DNA from: Bdellovibrionota bacterium
GTDB taxonomy: Bacteria; Bdellovibrionota_C; UBA2361; OMIW01
Reading direction: 5' to 3'
Length of the DNA: 64,000 nt
NCBI GenBank assembly: GCA_044235645.1
Contig: JBIIHQ010000007.1
Location: 34,628 to 98,627, forward strand
Shown here: positions 27,017-36,573 of the stretch, piece after piece
Layout of the letters: each line of letters starts with the position of its first letter
How positions within the stretch are numbered: the stretch's first letter is position 1
Translations under genes and position numbers: made by a program
Notes under the pieces: generated by a model
What the model was told of the DNA's origin: nothing
The model's input: the letters and a program-made list of their open reading frames with translations, nothing else
Databases searched by the model: none

Positions 27017-29503
27017 TCACTTAGCACTCTTCGACCTTTTGTGCTGCGGGCTTCCCTCCTCTGCAGGAGCCCGAACCCGTCGCTTGACCGAACCACCATC
27101 ACTGACTGTTCGCGCCCCCCCTCGTCTCTTTATTCGTTGCTTTTTAAGCAAGGTGAGCTGTAAAACCTCAGCAACCTCTTTCACCGGAACAAAGTGGATC
27201 TTTTCCCGCTGCTCACGGGGGATTTCGTCAAGGTCTTTAATATTGTCAAAAGGAATGATCACATGCTTGACGCCGAATCTCAGCGCAGCCAAAGCTTTCT
27301 CCTTCAGTCCGCCCACGCCGAGTACATGGCCGCGAAGGGTCATCTCCCCGGTCATCGCATACTCGGGCGATACCGGTCGACCTGACAATGCGGACACAAG
27401 CGCGCACGCAATGGTAATACCAGCCGAGGGTCCGTCCTTAGGTGTAGCACCACTTGGAACATGGATATGAAAATCGTGCTTGGAAAAGAAGTGGGGGTCC
27501 AACCCGAGCGATTCAGCGTCGGCTCTCGCGTAAAAGAGCGCAGCCTGCGCAGATTCCTGCATCACAGAACCAAGTTGCCCGGTCAAACTGAGCACTCCAG
27601 ATCCTCGCGCGACAGATGCTTCAACGGGCATTATCTCACCACCATTGACGGTCCACGCGAGTCCCCTCGCTAATCCTATGGTATGATCGCTCTCGCGTAG
27701 TTCGGGATCGAATTTCGTTGGGCCCAATAGTTCTGCAACCGCTGACACCGTGACCTCTTTCGGCAGGGTCCCATCGGTAACAAACCGCTTAACCAACTTA
27801 CGACACAAAGCGCCGATCTCTCGTTCAAGCCCTCGCACCCCTGCCTCTGCGGTATACCGTTCAATAATGAAGGTAATGGCGTGGGGCGCGAAGGAAATCT
27901 GGCCTGGTTTGAGGCCATTCTCCGCCATCTGACGTGGCACGATGAACCTCTCCGCGATTTTTTGTTTCTCCTCAAGGGTATAGCCGGCTATCTGGATCAC
28001 CTCGAGTCGATCGAGCAACGCATCAGGAATTGTATCGACCGTGTTTGCGGTAGCGATGAACAAAACTTCTGATAGATCAAAATTGACGTTCAGGTAATGA
28101 TCCCGAAATTCTCTATTTTGCTGCGGATCAAGAACCTCAAGAAGTGCAGATGCAGGATCTCCCCGGAAATCAGTGCCCACCTTATCAAGCTCATCAAGGA
28201 CAACAACAGGATTCTTCGAACCGGCCTGCTTGAGCCCTTGAATAATACGTCCAGGAAGGGCGCCGACGTAAGTTCGGCGGTGTCCTCTGATCTCCGCCTC
28301 ATCACGAACACCACCGAGCGACATCCTAAAAAATTTTCTGTTGAGGGCTGAAGCAATGCTCCGGCCTAGCGATGTTTTACCCACACCGGGAGGTCCGATA
28401 AAGCACAAGATAGGACCGGGCTGACTCTTATTGAGTTTTCTGACCGATAGATATTCGAGTATTCGCTCCTTTGCTTTTTGCAGACCAAAATGATCTTGGT
28501 CGAGTATCCGCGAAGCTTGAGCCAGATTACAACGCTCCTTGGTTCGTTTCTGCCAGGGAAGATCCGCAAGCCATTCGAGATACGTCCGCAGAAGCGCATA
28601 TTCGCTCCCCTCGGGAGACATCCGCTCGAGACGAGAAAGCTGTTTTGTCGCCTCCTGACTCGCCAATTTAGGAAGCTCTGCCGCTTGAAGAGTCCTTTTT
28701 AGAAGAGCGACATCCTCTATCGCCTCCTGACCTTCTCCGAGTTCTTCCTGGATTTGCTTGAGCTGTTCCCGGAGGAAATACTCCCGCTGGCCTCGATTCA
28801 ACTCATCACGCGCCCGACTCTGAATATTCTCCGAGATTATAAGCTTACTGAGATCGTCCTGTATAATCTCATCAGTCATCACAACGCGACGGATCGGATC
28901 GAGTTCCTCCAAAGCTCGTTGAGCCTGCGCGAGTTCGAGCCGATAATGTGCGAGAATCACATCAGCTAATTCTCCCGCATCGTTCACCTGTTCGGTCACC
29001 AAGAGGAGCTCCTCGGGAAGATGCTCCCGTTCGACGAGCACCTGAAGATTTTCTCTGATACGGCGCACTATTTCCCCATTTTCTCGCGAAACAGGAGTCT
29101 CCCTTGCAACGATTGGGTCGACCTGCGCGACAAGAAATGTTCCCTTTCGATACGAACGTGCCCGAGCCCGTACGAGCCCCTGAATCAGAACCTTGTACCG
29201 ACCGTCCGGCTGCTGAAGAGTTCTCACAATATTGGCAATAACGCCGATCCGATACAGGTCCCGAGCTGTCGGAGCATCGGTCTCTGTGTTCCGTTGCGCG
29301 ACCAGAAAAACGAGTTTGTCTCCTGCCAACGCCCGTTCAACTGTGTCGATACTCCCCGATCGGCCGACGGACAATGACATCATGACCGCTGGGAAGGCGA
29401 CGAGATCCTTGGCAGGGAGAACAAGTAACTCACGGGGGAGCGACTCCCACTTATGGGGCGTTCTCTTCGATTTAGCGCGTGACGGGACCTCACCTCTCTT
29501 CAT
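27017..29503 (-). CDS. lon: ATP-dependent Lon protease (LonA)
   Basis: 828 aa with a LON N-domain, Walker A GPPGVGKTS, Walker B VVVLDELDK and protease motif PKDGPSAGITIA. It carries a basic C-terminal extension. Confidence 0.97.
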   Translation of the reverse strand: MKRGEVPSRAKSKRTPHKWESLPRELLVLPAKDLVAFPAVMMSLSVGRSGSIDTVERALAGDKLVFLVAQRNTETDAPTARDLYRIGVIANIVRTLQQPDGRYKVLIQGLVRARARSYRKGTFLVAQVDPIVARETPVSRENGEIVRRIRENLQVLVEREHLPEELLLVTEQVNDAGELADVILAHYRLELAQAQRALEELDPIRRVVMTDEIIQDDLSKLIISENIQSRARDELNRGQREYFLREQLKQIQEELGEGQEAIEDVALLKRTLQAAELPKLASQEATKQLSRLERMSPEGSEYALLRTYLEWLADLPWQKRTKERCNLAQASRILDQDHFGLQKAKERILEYLSVRKLNKSQPGPILCFIGPPGVGKTSLGRSIASALNRKFFRMSLGGVRDEAEIRGHRRTYVGALPGRIIQGLKQAGSKNPVVVLDELDKVGTDFRGDPASALLEVLDPQQNREFRDHYLNVNFDLSEVLFIATANTVDTIPDALLDRLEVIQIAGYTLEEKQKIAERFIVPRQMAENGLKPGQISFAPHAITFIIERYTAEAGVRGLEREIGALCRKLVKRFVTDGTLPKEVTVSAVAELLGPTKFDPELRESDHTIGLARGLAWTVNGGEIMPVEASVARGSGVLSLTGQLGSVMQESAQAALFYARADAESLGLDPHFFSKHDFHIHVPSGATPKDGPSAGITIACALVSALSGRPVSPEYAMTGEMTLRGHVLGVGGLKEKALAALRFGVKHVIIPFDNIKDLDEIPREQREKIHFVPVKEVAEVLQLTLLKKQRIKRRGGARTVSDGGSVKRRVRAPAEEGSPQHKRSKSAK

Positions 29504-29547
29504 CGTAAACCCTTCATCACATTCTCATCACCGCGACGTTCGCACGG

Positions 29548-30963
29548 CTAAGAGAGAACATCGTCAAGAGAGCGAATGACTGGATTAAAGGAGTATACTA
29601 CCCCTTCTTTAAAGGTACCGATCGCGACCGTTCGGCGGACATGTGTCCCCTCGAGCACGAATGTTCCCGTCAATCCTTTGAACTCTCTGTCGTGGCCCCC
29701 GAGTCCTCTCCATCGTCCAGCAATGATTGTGCCAACGTCGAAGCCAAGTGCAGATAGGAAATCCTCACCACGATGACGCTTCGCAGAGAGACACCGATTG
29801 AAGACAGAGCTATACGGGTTGCGATTGTCAGGAATATAGGGAACCGGGAAAATGGCCCCACTAAATGCCTCCTGTGTCGCACGAAGTGCTGCAGCATTGA
29901 ACCATGCCCCTGGTCCAAATACCGATATACGTCGACGAAGCGAACTCCCCATTGAGGAAAGAAGTCGGCTTGCTCCCTGAACCGTATCAGCAACGAATAT
30001 CCCCTGAATAGGCAATTCTTCGAGCCTCTTTACTACCCCCTCGACACCCTCAAACTCCCCGCCTTCCCCGTATGAGCCCTCGAATAACACTGACACCCCA
30101 CTTCCCTCCAACGAGCGACGGAACTCCTGAACTATTTCATCTGAAAAGGGGGTTTGGGTACGAGCAATCGCCAATCGGGTGACACCCGCCCGGACAATGC
30201 CATCTGTAACCAATCCTCTCAGCTGTGTCGGAAGGGAGAACCCAAGGTCGAGAACCGATCCATCTCGGGCTGCGGTTGCCTTCGACAGATTGAACACCGG
30301 AACTCGATTTTCGCTTGCGAGGGAAGCAACTTCCGCCACCTGAGACGAGAGAAACGGACCAATGATCGCTTCTGGCGCGGGCTGGTTGGAAAGAACCGCC
30401 TCGAGTTCCCTCATCGGCGCATCTCCCTCTATGCCGGCATCGAGGACCGAGACATCCACTTCAGTTGAGTCATCCCCAACCGCGAGACCACAACGAAATC
30501 CTCGTTCCACCGATTGACCCATGGTAGCGAACCTCCCTGAAACTGGGAGAAAGGCAATTACGCGTGATCGACGAGGTGGTTGTTTTTCAGGGGAACTGTG
30601 AGGCCAATCCTGACCGCCACCGAAATGAGAATCATCATCCGATGAGTGATCCCCAACCTGATGATGCTGAATCCCGCTCTGCCACCTGAAATCAGATGTA
30701 ATGGCGGTATGGGTTTGGTAGGGCTTTGGGATATGTCTGAGCGGAACCTCCCGGTAGGCGGGAATTTCTCCCCGGGGACGTTCCCTTAATATCTCCTCGC
30801 CGAGTCGATCTCCACTCTGACGAGAAAATCGCTGCGTGTGGTCCCGCGCGCACCCACCTGCCACCAACACGACACTCGCCACGAAGATGAGTGCTGGGAA
30901 CCGACGACTCGAGGGGGGAGCCAATCGCTGATCTCTCCGTGCGGTCCGCTGATTCGCGTTCAT
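29548..30963 (-). CDS. LppC/LpoA-like lipoprotein with type I periplasmic-binding-protein fold
   Basis: The lipobox is VLVAGG-C. VIAFLPVSGRFATMGQSVERGF...IIGPFLSSQVAEVASLASENRVPVFNLS matches the LpoA/LppC C-terminal domain pattern. Confidence 0.5.
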   Translation of the reverse strand: MNANQRTARRDQRLAPPSSRRFPALIFVASVVLVAGGCARDHTQRFSRQSGDRLGEEILRERPRGEIPAYREVPLRHIPKPYQTHTAITSDFRWQSGIQHHQVGDHSSDDDSHFGGGQDWPHSSPEKQPPRRSRVIAFLPVSGRFATMGQSVERGFRCGLAVGDDSTEVDVSVLDAGIEGDAPMRELEAVLSNQPAPEAIIGPFLSSQVAEVASLASENRVPVFNLSKATAARDGSVLDLGFSLPTQLRGLVTDGIVRAGVTRLAIARTQTPFSDEIVQEFRRSLEGSGVSVLFEGSYGEGGEFEGVEGVVKRLEELPIQGIFVADTVQGASRLLSSMGSSLRRRISVFGPGAWFNAAALRATQEAFSGAIFPVPYIPDNRNPYSSVFNRCLSAKRHRGEDFLSALGFDVGTIIAGRWRGLGGHDREFKGLTGTFVLEGTHVRRTVAIGTFKEGVVYSFNPVIRSLDDVLS

Positions 30964-31408
30964 AGCCGTAGCGACCTCATAACAAGGGGGTTATCACCTC
31001 CAGTATCAGGGGAATTTGGGGGGATCGAAAGAGAGAAATCAGAGCGTAAGCTCCCTTAATGAACAGAGAAAGAGCCTCTCTACGTCCGAAAAAGGCGCAT
31101 AAATCAAACATTAATTGTTGTATTTTTACCCCTGACACGAGATAAAACCTTCGCTAAGCTGGGGAAACTCGAGGCACTGCATCACTCGGTGAGCATTGTG
31201 CCATCTCGCATACAAAGTTCTTTGCGGAGACGGTGGTGCCTGATTCTTTGATTCAGATCACTTGCTCGGTCCTGAGTGCGCCCCATCGAAGAGGGGACTC
31301 TGGACCGGGCTGCCTTGCAGGTGAACGGGCCTCACAGGACAGCATTTCGAGCGACCCACCACATACCCCCGAGCCATTTGCCACGGCTCATTACCCAGGG
31401 AGGCGCTG

Positions 31409-32506
31409 ATGGCGACTCTTCGACGGGGACCCCACGCATTCTCTCTCTCTGTCGCTGCCACCGCGGATTCAACGCACCGGCGATCATCACAACACCGCGT
31501 GCGCTCATCCCGTCCCCTCGCAACCCCCCCCCGCGGCTATCTTCATTCGTATCAATGCACGCGACTGCAAAGTCGTAACAGAGAGCAATCCCCCACCCCC
31601 TCCGAGGGGATGCAACCCCCCATCAAGACAACCACGCTCATTAATGAGCTCGTCTTTCCATTGACCCTCCTTCGTCAGGGTGGACCTGGGTATCTCATAC
31701 ATCACATCACTCTTTTTTCATTTCTTCTGATTGCGATCTCATTTATGGAGCAGGCCTCTGCCGCTGTCGTTGCACGAAGCGGAATGCTCTGGGATCTTCC
31801 GCTTGCTATCGCCCCTTTCTTTCCGCTCGGCATCGCTCTGATACTTCGGGTCCTTCTCTTTCCGGTAGCCGTAGGGATATGCGCTCTTCCCATCCGTATC
31901 CTTTTCCTCTCGGGTTCGCTCGACCTCGTTGAGTTGTGCGAGCAGACCCCCCGGGCGATCCGTCGTTCATGTTCGACTAGTTGGCTTATCTTCCTCAAAT
32001 TGGTTCGACGAGCGCTTTCGATGGGCTTCATCGTCGGGTTATTTCTCCTTATCGGGTCCGGACATCGGGGGACAAAAGGCGTGCTTCTCGCGACGACCCT
32101 CGGCTCGGTGGGCTACCTCATTGTGCGGATTCCACTAATCTGCGCTCCCCTTCTCAGTATCGTCGGCGATTATGGACGCCGATATGCTGTCATTCACGCC
32201 GCAACTATTTTGCACCATTCGGCCCGCAAGATTAGATGGTACGTCATCGGATGCATTACCGGCTGGTTCCTCACCCATTTAGCACTCCGAACGATCCTGG
32301 GAGATGCGTCAGCCCATCATTGGAGCATGCTGTTTAACTTCAATGCGATCGGATGGGTCTGGTTTGGGGTTACCTGCATAACCTCCCTCGTTCTCCATGA
32401 TGCCTATCTGCACGAACGCGCAATGAGCGGTATGCAGGCCGAATTAAAGAAGCACTCCTTCGAACGGGATACCTCGCCCATCGGCGTCCTTCCACCCTTT
32501 GGCTGA
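31409..32506 (+). CDS. Hypothetical polytopic membrane protein
   Basis: Several predicted TM helices start from about residue 95. The N-terminal ~67 aa are low complexity, so the start may be ATG 31610. No family was recognised. Confidence 0.4.
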   Translation: MATLRRGPHAFSLSVAATADSTHRRSSQHRVRSSRPLATPPRGYLHSYQCTRLQSRNREQSPTPSEGMQPPIKTTTLINELVFPLTLLRQGGPGYLIHHITLFSFLLIAISFMEQASAAVVARSGMLWDLPLAIAPFFPLGIALILRVLLFPVAVGICALPIRILFLSGSLDLVELCEQTPRAIRRSCSTSWLIFLKLVRRALSMGFIVGLFLLIGSGHRGTKGVLLATTLGSVGYLIVRIPLICAPLLSIVGDYGRRYAVIHAATILHHSARKIRWYVIGCITGWFLTHLALRTILGDASAHHWSMLFNFNAIGWVWFGVTCITSLVLHDAYLHERAMSGMQAELKKHSFERDTSPIGVLPPFG

Positions 32507-32623
32507 GAAGTCGTAGATATCTGGATTCTTTGAAATATGTCGCCTCTGAAAACTTTTGTTGATTCAAGTGGTATCGACATCCCGGGTCGAGTACAATAGG
32601 GAGACGGAGGCAGACACCAAGAA

Positions 32624-34378
32624 ATGTGCTGCTCGCTCTTCCCCACGAACTTTTGGCGGTCCCTCATGAAGAACACGTCGACTCGTCTGGTCTCCATGGG
32701 AGACAGGTCATTAAGGTCAAAAGGCTCGTGCATGCACCTCCCTCCTGCCGCTCTCTTCGTAGGGTGGGTTACGACGGCAGTTGTCGGTTGCGTATTTCTC
32801 CTCCCCTCTCTCGCCCTTGGTACCCCCCGCTCCGCGCGAATAATATCCATCAGAACTGAATATGGTGGCTCTGGAACTCTCTCAGCGACCACTATTGCCA
32901 AAGCGAATGTAATACTCCTTCGATTGTGGCTCCCAGGAAACGGGGTAACAACCATAAAACTAAATCGACCAACCTCATTAAGCTCCTCGAACCTGTGGCG
33001 AGGCTACGCCCAATCACCCTCACGAGACGCCGGAAGACAGAGCAGCGCCAGTAGACGGTGGGCAGCAGCATCACTTACGGAGCAAGCCGGGCTTTTGCCG
33101 TCGGCAGAGTATGTCACCCCTTCCCCCGATCTTTCGGTAATTGGAAAGAAGCTAACGCTCAACTTTGCGACCTCCGGGGTACGGGGAGGGACCCGTTTTT
33201 TTTCACTCAGCGGGGGTGAGGGGGCCAAGAAGTTGAAAGTGGTAAGAGCTCCGCATTTTGCTCTCGCCAACAAGGGATGCCCGATGAAGGGGCACCTTGA
33301 GGAACATGCGCGAGAAATATTCGGTGAATTATCAACTTCGTCGCGATCGAGGCCGTCAAGTGCCCTTTCCGCCCGAGCCGTCAATCTGAGCAAGAAACTG
33401 ACCTTAAGAACCGTCGCAGATTGGAGGTGGTCGGCTTTTTACGGTGCGAATGCAAATACCAGAATTCAAACAATCGCAAATGCAGCGTCAGCAATCTACG
33501 GCAATGACCTCGCCATGAGCCTCTCAATCGATTCACAGTTCGTCGACAACTCCTCCCTGTCGTATCCAGCCTCGATAACAAATCCCGAGAGTTTTCTCGA
33601 ACTCTTTAGCAATCAGAATCTCAAGGGTTCTGCCAATGCAGGAGTTCTTTTCACCGATCGAACCTTTGATGATTCGGTTATCGGGATAGCCTACCTTGGG
33701 GTTATTTGTCGTATTCCTTCGGCATCTTATGCGGCAATACGACGATTTCAAGATGCCCTCGATCCGATCATTCTCGCTCATGAGATCGGTCATACACTCT
33801 CCGCAGTCCATGTTTCCGACGGAATCATGACGACATCACTGAATCCCTCAAATCCTCCATCATCCTTTTCTGCATCATCAATCAACGAGATAGCTTCTCA
33901 TGTCCAGACCTATGGTTCATGCATGGCCTCTGTCTCGCCGAATCCGAATCCGACTCCCACGGCGACACCGAACTCGGGTGGCTCGGGGTCAGCTAGTAGT
34001 ACAACCAGAATCCGCTTACTCATAGCCGGTCCCCGGATAGTTCTGCGACCCTCTGTGTCAGACGAATATGGGTCGGGACTCGGCGAGCAATGTACCTTTT
34101 CCATCAAGGCAGGCTTCTCGAGAAGGGGCCTTTTTTCTAAGGGTACAACCCTCTTTTCTTCCACCTTATCGGCCTTGCCATCAGGACTGGTAGCCCGGTT
34201 ATCGCGTCGTTCCGCGACCTCAGGCCCTCTCTACCTGCGGGGTTACATCCAATGTCCGGGAGCGCCCCTCGATACGACCGCGACCATCTGGTTTGACCCG
34301 TCTTCTCTCAACTTTTCGAAAAAGACGAGTCAATCAAATTTCCTTAAGGATCTGAAGCTTCGCCTGAAGAGAGAGTAG
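32624..34378 (+). CDS. Secreted metzincin-like zinc metalloprotease (HExxHxxSxxH)
   Basis: 584 aa with an N-terminal signal/anchor (FVGWVTTAVVGCVFLLPSLALG). The catalytic motif ILAHEIGHTLSAVHVSDGIM follows GIAYLGVICR. A Pro/Thr/Asn linker and an unassigned C-terminal domain follow. Confidence 0.6.
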   Translation: MCCSLFPTNFWRSLMKNTSTRLVSMGDRSLRSKGSCMHLPPAALFVGWVTTAVVGCVFLLPSLALGTPRSARIISIRTEYGGSGTLSATTIAKANVILLRLWLPGNGVTTIKLNRPTSLSSSNLWRGYAQSPSRDAGRQSSASRRWAAASLTEQAGLLPSAEYVTPSPDLSVIGKKLTLNFATSGVRGGTRFFSLSGGEGAKKLKVVRAPHFALANKGCPMKGHLEEHAREIFGELSTSSRSRPSSALSARAVNLSKKLTLRTVADWRWSAFYGANANTRIQTIANAASAIYGNDLAMSLSIDSQFVDNSSLSYPASITNPESFLELFSNQNLKGSANAGVLFTDRTFDDSVIGIAYLGVICRIPSASYAAIRRFQDALDPIILAHEIGHTLSAVHVSDGIMTTSLNPSNPPSSFSASSINEIASHVQTYGSCMASVSPNPNPTPTATPNSGGSGSASSTTRIRLLIAGPRIVLRPSVSDEYGSGLGEQCTFSIKAGFSRRGLFSKGTTLFSSTLSALPSGLVARLSRRSATSGPLYLRGYIQCPGAPLDTTATIWFDPSSLNFSKKTSQSNFLKDLKLRLKRE

Positions 34379-34388
34379 GAGGATACTC

Positions 34389-34691
34389 CTATTCCGTGAT
34401 GCCCAGCACCCGAAACACGGCAGCCACCGCCCGAAAAAGCTCAGTGGGAATATAATCGCCCAAACCACACTCCAAAAGTCCATCAACAATAGCGCTCTGC
34501 TCAATGACCGGCACCCCGTGGCTCCGTGCGATAGTGACGATCTCATCGGCGCTGAAATAGGCCCCCAGCGCCTCAATCCGTGGAGCATGATCTTCCGCGG
34601 CATCATACCCAATAGCCACGGCACCACGGTAGGAGGGGCCTTTTGAACCACCCGCAAATCCCCCCAATAAACTTTGGTCTGTGGATACCAC
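34389..34691 (-). CDS. sctU: SctU/FlhB C-terminal (normally autocleaved) domain as a separate protein
   Basis: GTG 34691 lies 5 nt after AAGGAGG (34697-34703). The product GPSYRGAVAIGYDAAEDHAPRIEALGAYFSADEIVTIARSHGVPVIEQSAIVDGLLECGLGDYIPTELFRAVAAVFRVL matches the FlhB/YscU C-terminal domain, with GPSY in place of NPTH. Confidence 0.8.
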   Translation of the reverse strand: MVSTDQSLLGGFAGGSKGPSYRGAVAIGYDAAEDHAPRIEALGAYFSADEIVTIARSHGVPVIEQSAIVDGLLECGLGDYIPTELFRAVAAVFRVLGITE

Positions 34692-34705
34692 TTTTACCTC
34701 CTTTA
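34689..34705 (-). promoter_or_regulatory. Stop / Shine-Dalgarno / restart junction of the split sctU (flhB) gene
   Basis: The minus strand reads GTG AGG TAA AGGAGG TAAAA GTG. TAA (34703-34705) ends the N-fragment, AAGGAGG (34697-34703) overlaps it, and GTG (34689-34691) starts the C-fragment in another frame. Confidence 0.7.
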
Positions 34706-35470
34706 CCTCACACAATTGGCGCGAGCCACGATTACTACCGACGATCGCTTCACCGCCCTTACCAAATCTTCTCGAAGCATCGCACGGTGAAGCCCACGCT
34801 GCTGTCCCCGCACCAATGGGTCACCACACTCATCTCTTTGCTCCTGCCGCACCTCTTGCCCGGTCATCATTGTCTGCCATCTAAAACGCCACCACCCAGT
34901 GCTGAAGGAAGCTGCTCCCACCAATGCCAAAAATAATCCGATGCCCACCGACGAGCGGAATAAAAGTGCGTGGACTCCTGTGTCGGACAGAGAGAAAAAT
35001 CCCCTCTGGATAAAATCTCCCGCTATCCACCAAGAAACCAGAAAGCCTAGAGACAATGCGCTGAGCGAACCTATCAGCTGGAGAGGTAAACGACGCAAAC
35101 GACCTATCCACGCGGTCGGCGTCAGTCGAGACATACTCGGGGCAACACGATCGAGTTGCAGGCGGGGACGTTTTATAGCAACCATGAGGAGACATGATAC
35201 TACCGAGCAACCTGCGAAGATCATTCCTATCCCCCCCCAGTCCTCGGTCAATATATTCCGAAGACAGGAATCCAATGCCTGCGCACCTCCACCCCAACAT
35301 TGAGTGGCGATGGAGACGACAGGAGAGCATATCCACCGATGGCTCGACCAACTGAGCACTCCAACCAGCACTACCGAAACGCTCCCAAGGAATTGAGCAG
35401 ACTCGACGGTCGTTCCGTTTTCACGCAGTTTCTTTATATGTCTAGCAGAGCCGGGGAATCTCTTCTCCAT
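34703..35470 (-). CDS. sctU: SctU/FlhB N-terminal transmembrane + linker part (export-apparatus switch protein)
   Basis: 255 aa. The N-terminus MEKRFPGSARHIKKLRENGTTVESAQF matches the EKTE.PT.kkl...r..G pattern. Four TM segments follow. The linker MTGQEVRQEQRDECGDPLVRGQQRGLHRAM fits MS.qE.k.E.Ke.EGdP..K.r.R. The ORF ends ...SSVVIVARANCVR, where NPTH would follow. Confidence 0.8.
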   Translation of the reverse strand: MEKRFPGSARHIKKLRENGTTVESAQFLGSVSVVLVGVLSWSSHRWICSPVVSIATQCWGGGAQALDSCLRNILTEDWGGIGMIFAGCSVVSCLLMVAIKRPRLQLDRVAPSMSRLTPTAWIGRLRRLPLQLIGSLSALSLGFLVSWWIAGDFIQRGFFSLSDTGVHALLFRSSVGIGLFLALVGAASFSTGWWRFRWQTMMTGQEVRQEQRDECGDPLVRGQQRGLHRAMLREDLVRAVKRSSVVIVARANCVR

Positions 35471-35581
35471 CTATTCATCCATCCAGATGTCCCGTTTAAG
35501 CTCGGCTACCTACATTTATCCAAGGTAGTCCCGGCAGTTTACTACTCCCAACCCTTCCCCTCGATTCCCTCGACCTCTCCC

Positions 35582-36259
35582 CTAGAAAAGATAATAGAGA
35601 AGAGAAAAGCTAAGAGCACATTTCATCAGGTGAACTCCTATCGTGATTTCCTGACATAGCGAGAATCGTGATACCAGTCCGCAGATTATCTCGATAGCTA
35701 TGCACCCGAGAAGAAAAGGCATGCTCGTTTTGGCGATCCAAAGACCCGCGTCATACCATGCAGCAGTAACCCTCTCGACCAAGGCGATACGAACGAGCCG
35801 ACTCCCCGGTGGAAGCGTGTTTATCGACTCAGCGAAGGCGACAATGATCCGAGGTAGGGTGCCGAGGAGTACCAAGGTGCCCCAGTTTAATTCGCGAAAA
35901 ACCGCCGACCATATACCCTTCGAGCCATTCGGAGCCATCGGACTGACGATTGAAGCAAAGCTCAGATTCGTCGATAGGTCGACGATCCCGCCCACCAATT
36001 CGGTAGACCAGACCGGAATAAGAAAAGGAATGACGAGCAGGATGCCCACGACACACTCCCTCAGCATCGCCGATATGGGCGAATGGACCCAAACCGACCC
36101 GTTTATGCCGATTGATGCCGGGAGCAGAGATGCGGAATCCCAGACGCAGAGAGCGCTCACAATCCCGAGAACAAAAACGGTGCGCTTTGATAGCCCAGGA
36201 ACCAGAAGCCAGATGGCCCAGCCACGGACAGAGATGGATACAAATGCCACTAGATCCAT
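35582..36259 (-). CDS. sctT: SctT/FliR-family export-apparatus protein
   Basis: 225 aa with SD GAGGAG 5 nt upstream. RGWAIWLLVPGLSKRTV fits the R....i...P.ls.R.v pattern. ECVVGILLVIPFLIPVWSTELVGGIVDLSTNLSFASIVSP parallels FliR ...G...Gl.mGLSFA..vDP. Confidence 0.8.
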   Translation of the reverse strand: MDLVAFVSISVRGWAIWLLVPGLSKRTVFVLGIVSALCVWDSASLLPASIGINGSVWVHSPISAMLRECVVGILLVIPFLIPVWSTELVGGIVDLSTNLSFASIVSPMAPNGSKGIWSAVFRELNWGTLVLLGTLPRIIVAFAESINTLPPGSRLVRIALVERVTAAWYDAGLWIAKTSMPFLLGCIAIEIICGLVSRFSLCQEITIGVHLMKCALSFSLLYYLF

Positions 36260-36292
36260 GACACTCCTCTTTTCCGATTACTCGTGACGGGA

Positions 36293-36571
36293 CTATCCCT
36301 GCCGAGCCATGACAGATGCAGACCGAAAGCAAAGGACAGTAAACTGCGTAATACCTCGCCATGCGACGGGCCCACAATAAACAAGACCGATGCCATAAAC
36401 AGCCATACGAATGAGAAATGCTGACATCTGATCCTGAAGCTGTGTAGCTGCCTGAAGAATGGAAACCGACATCGATACAATTGCCGCGAGCAAAAGGGGT
36501 ATCGAGACAATGACAAGGATCCTGCAAATATCATTACCGAAAGATTCAAGAATCATCACGACGTCGTCCAT
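36293..36571 (-). CDS. sctS: SctS/FliQ-family export-apparatus protein
   Basis: ORF 36293..36616 trimmed to ATG 36571, 2 nt after the sctR stop, giving 92 aa. IPLLLAAIVSMSVSILQAATQLQDQMSAFLIRM matches the FliQ/YscS signature (..QA.TQiqEqtl.F.pK). Confidence 0.85.
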   Translation of the reverse strand: MDDVVMILESFGNDICRILVIVSIPLLLAAIVSMSVSILQAATQLQDQMSAFLIRMAVYGIGLVYCGPVAWRGITQFTVLCFRSASVMARQG

Positions 36572-36573
36572 TA

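Noticed and set aside
34689-34715. I considered the SctU/FlhB split as a sequencing frameshift or pseudogene.
   Set aside because: It is not fully excluded but is disfavoured. The two homologous blocks are separated by about 30 codons of unrelated sequence, not by a 1-2-nt indel. The junction carries a consensus AAGGAGG at ideal spacing before an in-frame GTG. Both halves remain full length with conserved motifs. Read-level verification is still listed as the key check.
35700-36527. Alternative ORFs (195 aa plus strand; 232 aa minus strand in another frame) overlap sctT/sctS.
   Set aside because: The frames chosen for sctT and sctS show clear FliR/FliQ signatures. The alternatives show none and are compositionally biased.
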